Shown: positions 24,248 to 36,994 of the stretch, in pieces
Numbering within the stretch: position 1 is the stretch's first letter
Layout of the letters: each line of letters begins with the position of its first letter
DNA from: Rhizodiscina lignyota
Lineage: Eukaryota
DNA length: 64,000 nucleotides
Reading direction: 5' to 3'
Assembly: GCA_010015805.1 (NCBI GenBank)
Contig: ML978127.1
Span: 930,001-994,000 of the forward strand
Notes under the pieces: model-generated
The model's input: the letters and a program-made list of their open reading frames with translations, nothing else
The model's database searches: none
What the model was told of the DNA's origin: nothing
Made by a program: the position numbers and the translations under genes

Positions 24248-24907
24248 TTAGTTCACCTTTGCTTTCTCAAGTGCGCCCTTGGGGTCCTTCACTGCCTCCT
24301 CGACAACTTGAGCCTGTTCCGTCGCAGCCTTCTTAACCTCGCTTCCCATACTATCGCCCTTGAGGCTTTGCTGATACATGAGGATACGGGTAACCTGGGT
24401 CGAGCCGACGCAGAACAGGAAGAAGTTCACGGCCGCGAGGAACAAGTTGCGGGGCTTGATGATGAAGCACCAGCGCGTCCAGATAGCGCCAGTGGCCATC
24501 AGCGCCATGTTTTGCGTCAGGGAGAGAGACTCTGCAGGACGAGCGAAGTCAGCGACACCGGCGAGAACTAGGCCCCACTGAGATTGATATTAGCTTCTGT
24601 CTGTCGCAATACGCTGTACATTCTTCTGACGAAAGATATTTGGAATTTGCGAATGGGGAGGAGAAAGCTATCGGGTATGGACTTGGAAACGGACCTTCAT
24701 GATAGGAGCCCAGAAATGCACCGTCTTCGGGCCCACAGGGCTATTGAAGAACTTTGAAAATCCACTTTGCGGGCTGGGCGGTTCGACATTGGTCTCTGCG
24801 GCAGTCTGCACTCTCCTCTGGAACGGCGTACGGATCGAACTGCGGAAAGTAGGGGCAGCGCCGGTGCGCGCCGCGGTGAAGAAGCGCAGAGCTGGTCGTG
24901 CGGACAT
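24248..24907 (-). CDS. mpc2: Mitochondrial pyruvate carrier subunit 2, 2 exons
   Basis: Presequence, then NSPVGPKTVHFWAPIMK|WGLVLAGVADFARPAESLSLTQNMALMATGAIWTRWCFIIKPRN. Intron ~24694-24578. Confidence 0.93.
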
Positions 24908-25161
24908 GTTGACGATGAATGCGAGGAGAGCGGAGATGGGTATCTAGGCGACGCAATTGAAGAACGAAGAAATGAAAAGAGATTGAGGAAGTGGCCGTGT
25001 ATGACTGTATGGCAATTCTGCCGGACTTTGGGGTGGAGAAACGCCGGGCCTGCGCGAAATCGGCGGAGGAAATGCTTGGCGTTGATTTGATGGAGCTCAC
25101 AGGCAAGCTCTCATGACCGCCTCGAACATCGACGAACTGGTACAGCGCCGGCGCAACGACA

Positions 25162-25636
25162 ATGGCGACCAAATACGCATTTGCGCAAGGCTTGAAGGAG
25201 CTGCGCTTCCATCTGTGTCAAACTTCAGAGCACAGCGCTGCGGCACGGTAGGCAATGGCTCCTTTCTCGCCCTTCTGTGATCCTTAAGACAGTTCCCAGT
25301 ACTGATTCAATCTTTGATACAGGAACTTTTTATTACGAACGTATCCGACGATGAAGAAGCACAACCCTCACACCCCGATCATGATACGCGAAGCGCAGAA
25401 TGTTGAGCCGAAGGTCTGGGCAAGATACGGTGTGTTGATGTTACCCTGCAATGATATTGGAATATGCAACTTATAGACGACAGAGTTTGGGAAAGAGAAA
25501 ATGGTTCCTCTGAATGGTATGTTGCCTAAATCGTTCAGATGTCTATAGTGTGTCGAACCTCCTAACGGTATATCAAGGCTTGGACGACAAGGCGATCGAG
25601 AACAGGGTCACAGAGCTTGTCAAAGGCAGCGTATAG
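25162..25636 (+). CDS. NDUFA2: NADH:ubiquinone oxidoreductase subunit B8 (NDUFA2, 10.5 kDa), 4 exons; missed by the ORF track
   Basis: Spliced product MATKYAFAQGLKELRFHLCQTSEHSAAAR|NFLLRTYPTMKKHNPHTPIMIREAQNVEPKVWARY|EFGKEKMVPLN|GLDDKAIENRVTELVKGSV*. Confidence 0.9.
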
Positions 25637-25963
25637 CACCGACAGGAACATCCGGACACACAGCAAAAGAGTATGGACTGTAAATATGTACTCTAGCCAT
25701 GAATTGGCGTTGAAGAGACGGTAAAATGCCTCGTTTAGTGAGGTAGAGTTGTTTGGCATCTCGCGGGCTCTCCAAAACGTAACATTCCACTTCTCTTCAA
25801 TGAGAGAATCATGAGATACCAAAAGCTTGCATGCCTCAACACTATGATTCTTCCATCTATCCTTCCGTTCTGCTCAAATTGATTTACATAACAGTCGCCT
25901 GCCAGTCTCTTTTCGACGCCAGAATTTCAACAACATGACCTTCTCCGGTGCCCGCGTTTACTG

Positions 25964-28902
25964 CTACCAAGAGAACGTCATCAAGGCCGGATTCAGCGCA
26001 ATGGGCAACAGCAAATGACTGACTGCTACCGTTGCCAATGGAAGGATTGCGACGAATTCCTTGATCTTCCAATCATATGGGACCCACGGCGCCGTCGCCA
26101 TGATTATCATCGCGACAATACTGAAGCTCGCGAAGCAGATGCTGAACTTGAAGCGCCTCAACACCTTCGGCACCTCGGTGAAGAAGTTGCTGAATTCTGC
26201 CTCTTTGGAAGTTGCGCCCCAAGCCATGTTCATCTCGAACATGTGTGCGAGGAGAGCCTGCGAAACGTGTAGTGAAAGACCACCCAGGAAGATGGCGAGC
26301 ATGACAGTCCACTTGAAGTTCTCAACTAGCGCGCCGAGGATGGTTTTGGCGGAGGTGCGGTAGCGCATCACTGCGAGCGCAACATTACCAAGGCCATTGA
26401 AGACGAGGATGATTGAGAACCATACTACCAACTGGTAAGTTATGGCTCTTAATATAAAGGATACCAATCTATTGTGTTGACATTGGCAACATACCTTTCC
26501 AAGAATCGATATAGTACTTGTCCAAGTACCCATTAAACCAGCCAATCGCTAGGTAATTCGCCGTTGTCAGGATCCACGCCGCTCCAATCGCGTAGTACGT
26601 TCCGATGTACGAGATGATTGTGACCTTCGACGTAAAGCGGATATTGCTGAACAAAAACTTGCGAAAGAGCGGCGTGAATGGTCCTCGCACGGGCCAGAAC
26701 CTAATCGGATGGAAGAGGAGTTCATTGCATCCGTAAGCGTACTTCTCCCACCGGGCCAATTCGTCATACACTGTCAAGCTCACGCCTTCTTTGAATCTTT
26801 CGCCTGCCCAAGCCGCGAGGCGAATGATGTATCCATTGACTTGGAGCCTCAAACTCATGTCAAAGTCCTCGCTGACGTGGCTCTCCGACCAAAACTTTTC
26901 GTACCCATCTTCGTCGTAGAAGGACACTTGCTGGATAGCGCTCCATCGAAGGATGGCGTTGTGACCGACAAAAGGCGCGACATCTCCATTGCTCACAGTA
27001 TACTTTATGGCGGTATATATGAGGTTAGTGAAGAAGGTAATGCCGTTTTCGAAATAAGTCCAAACAACCTGCATCACTCCTGATGAGAATTGCATGATAC
27101 CGACTTCTGGACATTGTTCCATCTCGCTGACCGCGTCGATCAGGCAGTCAGAAGGCACTCGTGTATCCGAATCAACTGGATCCAATATCAGCCGCACCCC
27201 TTTGGCCACCAAATACGTGGAGCTTACTAAGGACAATGTAATCTCCAACACGAATGTTGCCATCAGCCCAAGCTCGACCATTCTCATCCAGAACCTCATT
27301 CAGGCAGCGATCATATGCTCTGGCCTCATCAGCCTGAGTCCACCCAACTGACCGTTCGACTTCGGCGAGTTTCTCCTCGACGTTGTTGGAAATCATTAAC
27401 CCATAGTTCATGTTCGATGCTTTCTTGAACTTTCCTTTCCGGATGAAGCCCTCTGAACCATGCTTTGGCCGCGCAGTCCATCCAATACAGTGATCCCGAT
27501 AAAATTCGATACGAGCCTGTCGCTCCTCCTCGCTGATGATTTGCAAGCCGTCGTCGTTGATGAGCAGATTCGCGGAGCCGCCTTGAAGCTCATACGTGGA
27601 GATTGCCTGCTTCACGGACTTTACTGTCGGAGCAATGACGGATGCGAGCCCCTCCTTATATACTGGACACTGGATGGTGACATGAGGCAACTTTGTTCCA
27701 GTGGTGCGGCGAGGGAGTTTGGCAGAGTAATAGCGGGAATTTTCTGTCATCTGCTTGACGGGTCCGACAATTTGAGCAACAGAACAAACGATTACCTGAG
27801 CGAAAAACTGCGACATTATCAGCTGGACGGTCAAGCGATGACTCATGGAACTCACGAGGGTGAAGAATATCTGGATTGGAGCAAAGGCCAGAAACGCGAC
27901 CCTTGTCCAGTCCTTGTCAGTCATGGACTCAATGACGATCTGCCGCACCCCAGCTCCCATCATGAGCGTGATGATTAAAAGAGTGATTCCGACTGTGATG
28001 GAATTGATGATGTTCGTCGGCCGGTTTTCGCTGTACTGGCCTGTCTCCTCGTTGATTTGGTATTCTGCAATCGCTGGACCTCTCTCCTTTTCTTCTTCTC
28101 CTTGCTCCTCTCCGAAGCCACGACCATGCTTCCAAACCAACTCGATGAGTTCCTTCTCAATAGTCCTCGCACGTGGTATTAAGTTCATCGCTTCGTCATC
28201 CCATACAACCAGAAGACCATCATAAGCAGTGAAAGCCGCAAATTGGTGCTTTCGAGCTTTGGGGAGGTCATCGATTGTCGGAAGAATCTGTACCCGCAGA
28301 CCGTTCAGTAAAGGAACGTCGACCGCATCAGGGGACCAGCTCAAGAAAGTCTTAACGATCCGAGAGTTCACGGTCATTGCCGCCTGCGATTTTCAGTAGA
28401 GCACCTCGAGCAAGCATTCGGAACAACGAACCTGGACATTTAGCGCCTGGCAGGCGTATCCAAACGAGGAATCCATCAGCTGCGGAGGACACGAGATATA
28501 ATTGCCTCTGCTCTTCCGCAACATTACTCCCTCCACCTGTCCACTCTCGTCTCCAACCCAGAGGGAGCTACACTGTTGCTGAAACAGATAGTTGACCATC
28601 ACCTCATGTTTGATATCCTCCGTCCAAAGGCTTTGTATTGATCCATTCAGCGACAGTCTACGGGGACTTGAGACACGTGGCGTGGTGACTTTCGAATCGT
28701 CGCCACAGCTGCCTCGGATACCAGAACTGGAGTCCATATCGGGTACAAGGTCGCCAGATGGAGTCGCCGTTACTGACGTTGGCTGAGGAAATGGCTCATC
28801 GGTCGCCTCTCGGGGGCGAGCTTCTTGAGTCGGTGAGCCATGCCATTTTGCCTCGCTCGTTTTTGACTCCTTCTCCCCATGAACGTAATCACCCAGCCCC
28901 AT
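25964..28902 (-). CDS. Membrane-bound, processive-type glycosyltransferase family 2 (Glyco_trans_2_3-like), multi-exon
   Basis: LPHVTIQCPVYKEGL, INDDG, FKKASNMNYG, DSD, HVSEDFDM and ELARWEKYAYG (D,D,D,QxxRW-like set); N- and C-terminal TM helices; GT-AG introns join ORFs 28393-28902, 27172-28377, 26469-27299, 25964-26545. Confidence 0.88.
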
Positions 28903-30093
28903 TATATACGAAGGGACTCAACTCGGGCTGCCACGATCAAACAGTAAGACGGTGGAGCGGCGAGATCTTAAACTACGGACTGAGAACGGGAGATGGGGTT
29001 TCCAGAAAAAGTTTGAAAAGAATTTCAAAAAGAAGGAAGCTTTTCTGGACAAGAGTAGGAGAGCAAGTAAAGATCGCTTTGAAATTTGTGGGTGATGAGG
29101 ATCAATGACATAGGGTATCGTCCAGGTAGAGGCTGGTCAGCCCCATGAACCCGTACCGATACATTCGCTAACGCCAAATGAACAAACTGCAACCAAAACA
29201 TGCCAAAGACAGGTCCCCCTAGATAGGCGAGGAGTGCCAAAGTGTCCCGTCCGCCGCGTCCCTGTGACGCGCGCAAACTTTGGTAACGTAGAACCCGCGG
29301 CCGACTCTCAGGGCTACATTCGTTCCGACCTGAGACCTATGCCAGCGCATCAATAGATCATCCATACGAAGGTTTATGTGGAGTTGATGGGTATGAATGG
29401 CATCTGGATTACACTAGCCGGTTTGGCCCACCAAGGAGTGAGACCACATCTTGGACCGACGACCAAAGCTATGCTTTTCCAACAGAATCGAAACAAGCAA
29501 AACAGTACACTAAATGACTAGTAAGAGATCCAAGTTTATTATTAACCCAACTGAAGTCCAATTGCGACCGTCTCGGAAGAGACCAACATCATACGATATC
29601 GAATATCCGCAAAGTCCTGTATCATTCCCGTTAGGCGTCAGTGATGGCACTGATTTAGGAAATTTTGGTCCGAAATGATATCTTGATCCAAATGACGGCC
29701 CACCATTTCGGGCAATCGGTAAAATGAGGTTTCGGGATGATGCAGCTCCTGCACCATCAGAGGAAGCTTTCACAAATTCGGCCGGATAGCGAACGCAATC
29801 TGTCTCTGCTCTGAGATGAATCACGATCCTACCGTGTAAGCGACGACGAATTTGATATCAAGTCGAGGAGTCGATTTTGATCAAGGTCTCAGTGCTGACT
29901 TGCAAGACGCCGAAATGCACGGACACTGGCTGACGTAGAAGCAAACCTCACGGTACAGTTCCTCTACATTGATACAAACTTTAACACGAGCTGGTCTATT
30001 GTGAGGTCACATTACACGACTCAATTACCCGGCCCTGCAAAGCAACCTCCGCATGTATCGCTTCTGTTCATGAAGGCCTCTGCAAGGGAGACA

Positions 30094-31605
30094 CTAGAGC
30101 TGCTTCGCCTGAGAGTCACAGCCGTTGTAGCCCTTCTGTTGCCACATCTAATTTTCACATTAGTAAATCATATCCGATAAGGTGATAGCGGAGCTTATGT
30201 ACCTTGACACTCTTGACAATCATTTCCCCGCCGTCATCCCAGGTCGGCTGCCACTGACTTCTTGCGTTCCAGAAGTCATACCTCGCCGTGGGGGAGGAAT
30301 CAACCCACGGCTTACCCGACTTGCCGTCCTCGAACCATCCGTTCGTGCCACCGATCGCCACGTTGAGGATGAGATAGAAAGCTTGGTCGAAGGGTGTATT
30401 GGACTTGCCGGTGAGGCTCCATGGATTTTCCAGCCTTGTGCCGTTGCTGTCCGACAGCGGGAATCGGCCCTTCTGCCAGAATGGTTTGCCGAAGAGAGTG
30501 TACATGACCTGAAGCAGGCGATTGTCGACGTATGTGAAGATGTATTTCTCGCTCCACTCAAGACCAAAAGTGTGAAAGCCTTTGGCGTAAGTCGTGTGCA
30601 AGGCGGCCCGCTTGACATTGTTCCGCCACCACCCATCATTGGCTGGATTCGGACCCCAGTGCAACGTGCTGCTCATAATGTTGTTTCCCCCCTGCCCATA
30701 AGTATAGTTGTTCCCGCGCGACTCCATGATGTCAATTTCCCCGGACTGCGGCCACGGTCCATAGGTATCTGTAACTGGAAGCATCCAGATTGCTGGCCAC
30801 ATCCAATCCCCGGCCGGCAATCTCGCTTCGACTTCAATCCGTCCGAATTTGATGCTGGCGCCTTTTTTGGTATTGATGCGGCCTGATTTGACCGGGTTGA
30901 CGATTGTACCATTTGTGAGATTTGTGTGAATCACACAATTCGACCACAGTATCGAGGAGCAGGTTTTCTGCTTGAGGAGGTCGGTAACAGTCTTATTGTT
31001 CATGATGACATTGGCGTCCTGCACTGTGGGTCTGATCCAGAGGGCCCCGTCTTTGATGAATACATTCTCGTCGGTGATGGTGGTTTCCTCGAACTGGCCG
31101 TTTCTGCACTGGATTAGCATGTAAACTCGAATTGGGATCTGCATACTCACCCAAATCCTCCAACTTCCGCTTCTTTCGTCCAGATCGCGGAATTCAGCCC
31201 GTTCGAGAAGTCTTCAATCAGGACTGGACAATACTCATGATTCACCACGCTTCTCAGGCCATCCCAAACGAGAACCCCTGTGATTACGAGTCCGATGAAG
31301 ATGCCTATCAGAGGTATGATGGTTACCCACTTCTCCCTTGGGTCTTTGCGATCCAGCCAAGGTCTCTCGACAGCGCCTTTCTTGATCCTCCGAGAATGGA
31401 AATATCGTCTTGGAGGTGGAAGTTGAAGCTGAGTGGTAGAAGCTGGCCTCGACACCGGAGGGGATCCATGAGGCGTAGCGAAAGGGTCTTGAGGTTGGCG
31501 GCGAGAGGGTACGGGATTTTCCAGGGTATCTAAAGCCTGTGGATGTGGGGAAATCTCGAGAGCTGATGAGTGGGCCATCTCGTTAACTGAACTAGCAAAA
31601 TTCAT
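30094..31605 (-). CDS. Type II membrane-anchored glycoside hydrolase family 16 (beta-1,3-glucanase / glucan-binding-protein-like), 3 exons
   Basis: Cytosolic N-tail, TM WVTIIPLIGIFIGLVITGVLVW, GDWMWPAIWMLP, catalytic SGEIDIMESRGN, PFDQAFYLILNVAIGG; last exon 30147-30094. Confidence 0.9.
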
Positions 31606-32262
31606 TGTGTAAGCGAGGCTGCCGGGAAATAAAGCAACAATGGAGAATTGTACGTGACAACCAAAATGCAGAATCGATAATATACGGAGTAGTTCGTATC
31701 TCGGCAAAGATGCGAATGAGAACCCGGGAGACCCTCATTGAGCGATCGAAGCAATCTGCGGAGTTCTGCGATTGCAAAATTTACACGGATTGTTGCCTCC
31801 ACATTAGATCTGGATGCAGCGACAGGATTGAATAGCGAGACACGCAATGAAATGTATAGAATTACTCATTACCACTCTGAGATCTGCAGCAAACTGTCTC
31901 GCGTGTCGGACGGAAACTTCTGTGTTGGCTGATCCTGGCTCTCCGCAGGTCTCGGGAGCGGCATTAATTGCCTTTGAGTGGCATTGACAATTGCAGAAGA
32001 ATAGGAGGTGGTCGGGGAACAATAATTGTGCATGTTATGAGATGCTGGCGATCCACAATGATGACGAGAAACAGAGAATCAAAGATGCTATATGAGTTCT
32101 CTGCTACTCGAAAGGCTCCCCGACGAAAGTAACCGGAGGGATACCCCTTTGCAGAGGCTGATTAGCAATTGCTGTAAAATTCCAAATCGTCCAATTCCGC
32201 GACCCCAGACCCTCGATCGCCGATATGAGATCTATGTTCGCGAATTTACGTACCGAAAGGTT

Positions 32263-34519
32263 TCAGAGCCGTGCGTGCTGAGGCTGTCCTCCGCTTCTAA
32301 TCTTATCCCAATCATCTCTTCTGAACAGAACGTAGCCCGCAAGAGCATCGCTCTTCGACCCTTGCCCAACCGCAGCCGGACTCCATAGCATTACATCCTT
32401 GCCCTGTTCTCGCGCCTCGTCGACATCGTTGCCTTCTCCGTAGATCATATCGAGATTGATGCCGTCCTTCTTGAGCGGAATCTTGTTCTGTTTATTATTG
32501 TGCATAGTGCTTGCTGATTTCAGTATGCGAATAAATACGGGAACTGCGTATTTAGGCATGTTTCTTTGTGCGTGCGCGTAGAGCTCGTTGAAAAATTGAG
32601 GATACGACGCTTGCGGAACAGACGGATCGATAGAGACGGCAGCGCATCCCGCTTTGCCGTCGTGCCCTAAAAGATGTTAGACAGGTCTTCCTTTGAAGCA
32701 GCAAATGGCTAGTACCAGGAACTTCGACGCCATATACTATCGCTTCTTGCACGCCCGCGAATCTCCCCAGCACTTCCGAGACCTCCGCAGTGGAGACATT
32801 CTCGCTCTTCCACCGGTAGGTGTCTCCTAATCTATCCAGGAAATACCACCGCCCATCCGTTGTTCTTCGCAAGGCGTCTCCAGTACGGTAATATAGATCG
32901 CCCTTCTTCAATACATTACGCTCAAACTTCTTCGCGGTCGCTTCATCGTTCCCATAGTATCTGGACACAAGCAGATTAGCAAGGAAGTCCAGAAACTCAA
33001 GACTTCATTGCAAAGCCTCACCCTGTGAATCCAGATTCATTCTCCATCCTCACGAGCATTTCTCCCCCTTCCTCGTAAGGTTTTCTCTTTCCCAGGCCCG
33101 TCTTCGGGTCCCTCCATATGCCCCCAGATTCATGGTCTACCTCTACCGGAACATATGTATCCCTCAATTTCCAACGCCAATAAGCGCCGTGATGTCCAAC
33201 GGCGTTTTGGAGGTACGGTCCTTTGCTGACATTGAGGAGAGCGAAGACCCCTTCAGAGCTATTGAAGAACTCTCCGACTGTCTCAATTCCAAATCTATTC
33301 TGAAACTTTTCCCATACGTCTGGTCTCATACCGTTTCCATACATGACTCTAACATTGTGTTGGCGGTCCAGTGGGCTCGGAGGTGTGGACAGAAGGTATC
33401 TCGCCGTCTCGCCTACGTATACAAAGGCGGTGGCTTTGGAATCTCGTATGTCTTCCCAGAACCTCGAGGTGCTAAATCGTTTGCCAATGCAGAGAGTGAT
33501 GCCGGAGAGCAGACAGGTCATGGCGACAGTACCGCCTGTACCATGGTACATTGGCATGCAATCGTACCATCTGTCACAATTTGGTCCAGATTTCAGTCCG
33601 AGACTGCTTGTTCTTGGCGCAGCGAGTATTGTACCTCTTGCCGTTGGGAAGCTTATTACGAGTTAGCTGTAGTCTATCACCACATTGTTTGCAATCACTT
33701 ACGGGCAAGCTTTTGGCATTCCCGTTGAGCCACTGTGGCGTATTAGCGAAAACTTGTCTGGGCCAAGCATCATCGCCATGCCATGGAGAATGACTCACCT
33801 CGTGTAAAGTAGGCACATTGGGCTCTCCGGTTTCATATCTCTTTGATAGCTGGCATCCACAGGCTCGCTGCTCATGCTCTCAATTTCACGTTTAGTTGGC
33901 CCATCCAAGACGATGATTGTCATTCCGAGCTCTTTCTCTAGTCTCTCTCGAACCTCCTCAATCCGTGCCCTGCAGTCCTCATCTCCGTCGACAACGAGCG
34001 TCTTCGCCCGGCTGACTTTGATGCAGTGGACTAAGCTCTCTCCGGAAAGATTAAAGTTGATCAGTCCCGCTCCGCATCCCACCTGCCAAGTTCCAAGTAG
34101 AGTAAAAGCAAAGTCCGGGGTATTAGTGAGGTAGAAAGCTATCATATTGTTTGGCCGCAGTCCGCTTCGTGCGAAGTACTGTGCGAACTTGTTGCTCTGT
34201 ACATACGTCTCCTGCCAATTGTAGCACCCGTTGCGAGACCAGATACACTGCGTCGACGCAGGCATACTCTTGACTGTCTCTTCAAAGTAATACCAGAGAC
34301 AGTACCGTTCAGTGCGAGCTGTGTATTACACAAGAAAACAACATCAGTCAAATTCAGGGAGTCAAAATCTCTCCAACACGTACCGGTCTCCTGGAGCCGC
34401 TTCTCCATGTCCTTCACCCTGCGCGACTGTCCAAAATCTTTTCGGATGTGCCATTTCGCATCCACGTATGCCGCCGCGGCAACTGCACCAGCCGCCGCTG
34501 CTGCTATCGGAACTGCCAT
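32263..34519 (-). CDS. fat1: Very-long-chain acyl-CoA synthetase / fatty acid transport protein (Fat1/FATP family), multi-exon, C-terminal PTS1-like ARL
   Basis: AAYVDAK N-terminus, CLLYT|S AMP-binding motif split by introns, MPMYHGTG, YVGETARYLL, GDLYYRTGD, YFLDRLGDTYRWKSENVST; ends HARL*. Confidence 0.88.
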
Positions 34520-35360
34520 TGTATAGTGTTAGCGATTATGCATGCAATTAAAGATGAGTTTCAAGCTCGAATTTAAAGAACAGTAGAAGGAAACCCCTGA
34601 GCATTTCCGGGTTGGGGCAGTCTCACCTGTCGCCATCCTGATGTGCAAGGTCCAATACGGCCGGAACGCAGTGGCTTTATCACTGTTTAATCGCGCCGAA
34701 CGCCGTCCAGCAACCGCTTTATATCGCAAGCTTCGTCCGCTGAGGCTGCAATCATATAAGCTGCCAAGTCATACAGTCGTGCACCTCTTGTCGAATCGGT
34801 GTCTGTCTCGGGTCGGTCTCTTTCAACCTCGGCGTCGCATGGATCCGTCCTGGGCATGCATGAACTGGGGTGTCAGCTTCGACACAACGGCACTTCTTCA
34901 CGGACCGTGTACCGATGCTTGGAACTTATCCCCGCGCGGCTAGGAGAGCGGGACGAAGAGGCGGTAGATTCATGGCTTGCATTCTTGGACGTTCGCTTGA
35001 GTTTGATCTTCGTTCATGACATTTATCTGGGTTTGGAGTATGCTGCATGGGCCATGGGTTGACATTTCAGACAATGCGCGAAGGTACGTGCATACGGAAT
35101 TAAAAAGTTTCCTTGCAGGGAAGACGCTTACGCTTTCACTTTAGATGTTGATTACTCTGCAGAGTGCCTCTGTACATGATAAAGGAATGATAAACGAGTT
35201 CACCAAAACTTGGTGTATAGATCTAGGGAAATAGATTAATTCTCCTGTTAATTATCCCTAATATGCCTTCAAGAGGTCAATCACAGGGAACGCGACATGA
35301 CGGGTATACGCGGAACGCTAAGAAATAAATACAGTGGAGCTTGAAAAATACAAATAACTC

Positions 35361-36994
35361 TCAAATGAGCAATCTTGCGAATGCAGCCATGACCACGAAG
35401 CTGATCGATCCTGCGTTGTTTAGGCGCGCACCTGCATTCGCGGTGATTTGCGCTGTTGAACTGGAAGTTGTGCCGGAAGGAGCCGATGTTTGCGATGTCA
35501 AGGATATCAATGCCGTCACGGAGGAAGAGCTTGAAGATTGACCAACTACAATAGTCGATGTATGGGTTTTGGTGTTCGTGCTAGTGAAGACGATAGTTGT
35601 GGATGGGTGTGCTGTGCCTCGCGCCGATGAGCCCCTGTTTTGGCTTTCACATATCGACTGAACGAAAGACTGAGAGCTAGTCATGGACTTTGAGCTTGTG
35701 GTCCCGACGACAGTCACACTAGAACATGAAGTCGACTTAGAGGTGATTTTGGACGCATCAGAAGTGATGGATTTAAATATAGTAGTCGCTGTGGCAAGAG
35801 AGTTCGATTGCGAAGAGGACGAATGGGAAGAGCTTGATCTCAAAGAGCTCAGCCGCGACGCCGATTGGGAGCTCCTACCCGTTACAGAAGAGCTTTCCGG
35901 AGAGGTGGAAGTTTGCACAACTGGACTAGAAGGCTCAGTCCTTGCTGGAGAGGTTGTGTGCGAGAGGGATGTGTGAACAGTAGTTGAGGTCTTTGTGGAT
36001 GCTTGTGATGAAGTGCTCTCCACCAATGTCGAGGTGGCACTTGAAGTTGACGGCTGACTGGTCGTTGTCACGATCTCGCTTGTCTTAGAAGTTTTAGAAT
36101 CTGTTGATGTTTTAGTACTTTTGAGAATCGATGATGAATTCGTCGAACAGGGAACCGTCGATGTAAATGTGATATGCTCTGTGGTAGTTGTGGCATTTTT
36201 ATGAATAGTGGCTGAAGAAGAGATCGAGACCATGTTTCCCAACGAGAACTTGGAAGACTTGGACAAAGTCGAAGCCCACACCCAGGAAGCAGATGGAGCC
36301 TTTGTTGTGGGCGTTGTGGCTTTCGAAGATGTTGAGATTGAAGCCCTTATTGATTTCGATGCGGCAGAACGGGAAACTGTTGTGGTTGCGGTATTCGACG
36401 TTTGAGAATGAATAGTTTCGGTATTCTTACCACTACAAGCATTCTTTTCGCCGCCAAGATCGACCTGCATATCCATCGTGGAGAGACGCGTAAGATTGTT
36501 TACTGTTTCAAAGCCCATCACGTTAAACGCTAATCCTTCCCTTGGCACTGCATTGGCCTTGAACCCTGATGGCTGCTGATACAGGCAGAAGACGTACTCG
36601 CGGGCATCACCAGACTCCTGGAATGCGCCTGGAGGTTGATATGATTGCTTCGGCGAAGTATTTGATATGCATCGCTGTCCCTGCACAGGCACTTCGAACT
36701 TGGTCTGAAGGTAGTGCAACTTCTGATCCTCCGGGCACGTATTGTCGTACATGACGATAATGTATTTCTGGGAACGGTCGACATTGGCTAAGCCTCCCAA
36801 ATTGAACATTGGGATGTCCGCGGCATCTGTGAAACCATTAGTGAATCTGAAATGAGAGACTTGCTGAGGGACTTATCATGTCTAGTAAATGCCCCATTCG
36901 ATCCTGGCGGTCCACTATACAAGACTTGGAAGTCCACGGCGGTCGCAAACGAAGCAAAAGCAATAGCAGAACCGAGAAAAGGGGTAAATAACAT
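35361..36994 (-). CDS. Secreted, probably GPI-anchored protein: PEBP-like domain plus Ser/Thr-rich stalk; needs a non-canonical intron
   Basis: Signal peptide MLFTPFLGSAIAFASFATA; YIIVMYD..LHYLQ..YQPP..REYVFCLYQQP..FNV (PEBP-like); ~330-aa S/T tract; ANAG..hydrophobic tail. Intron 36876-36827 begins ATAAGT. Confidence 0.7.
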
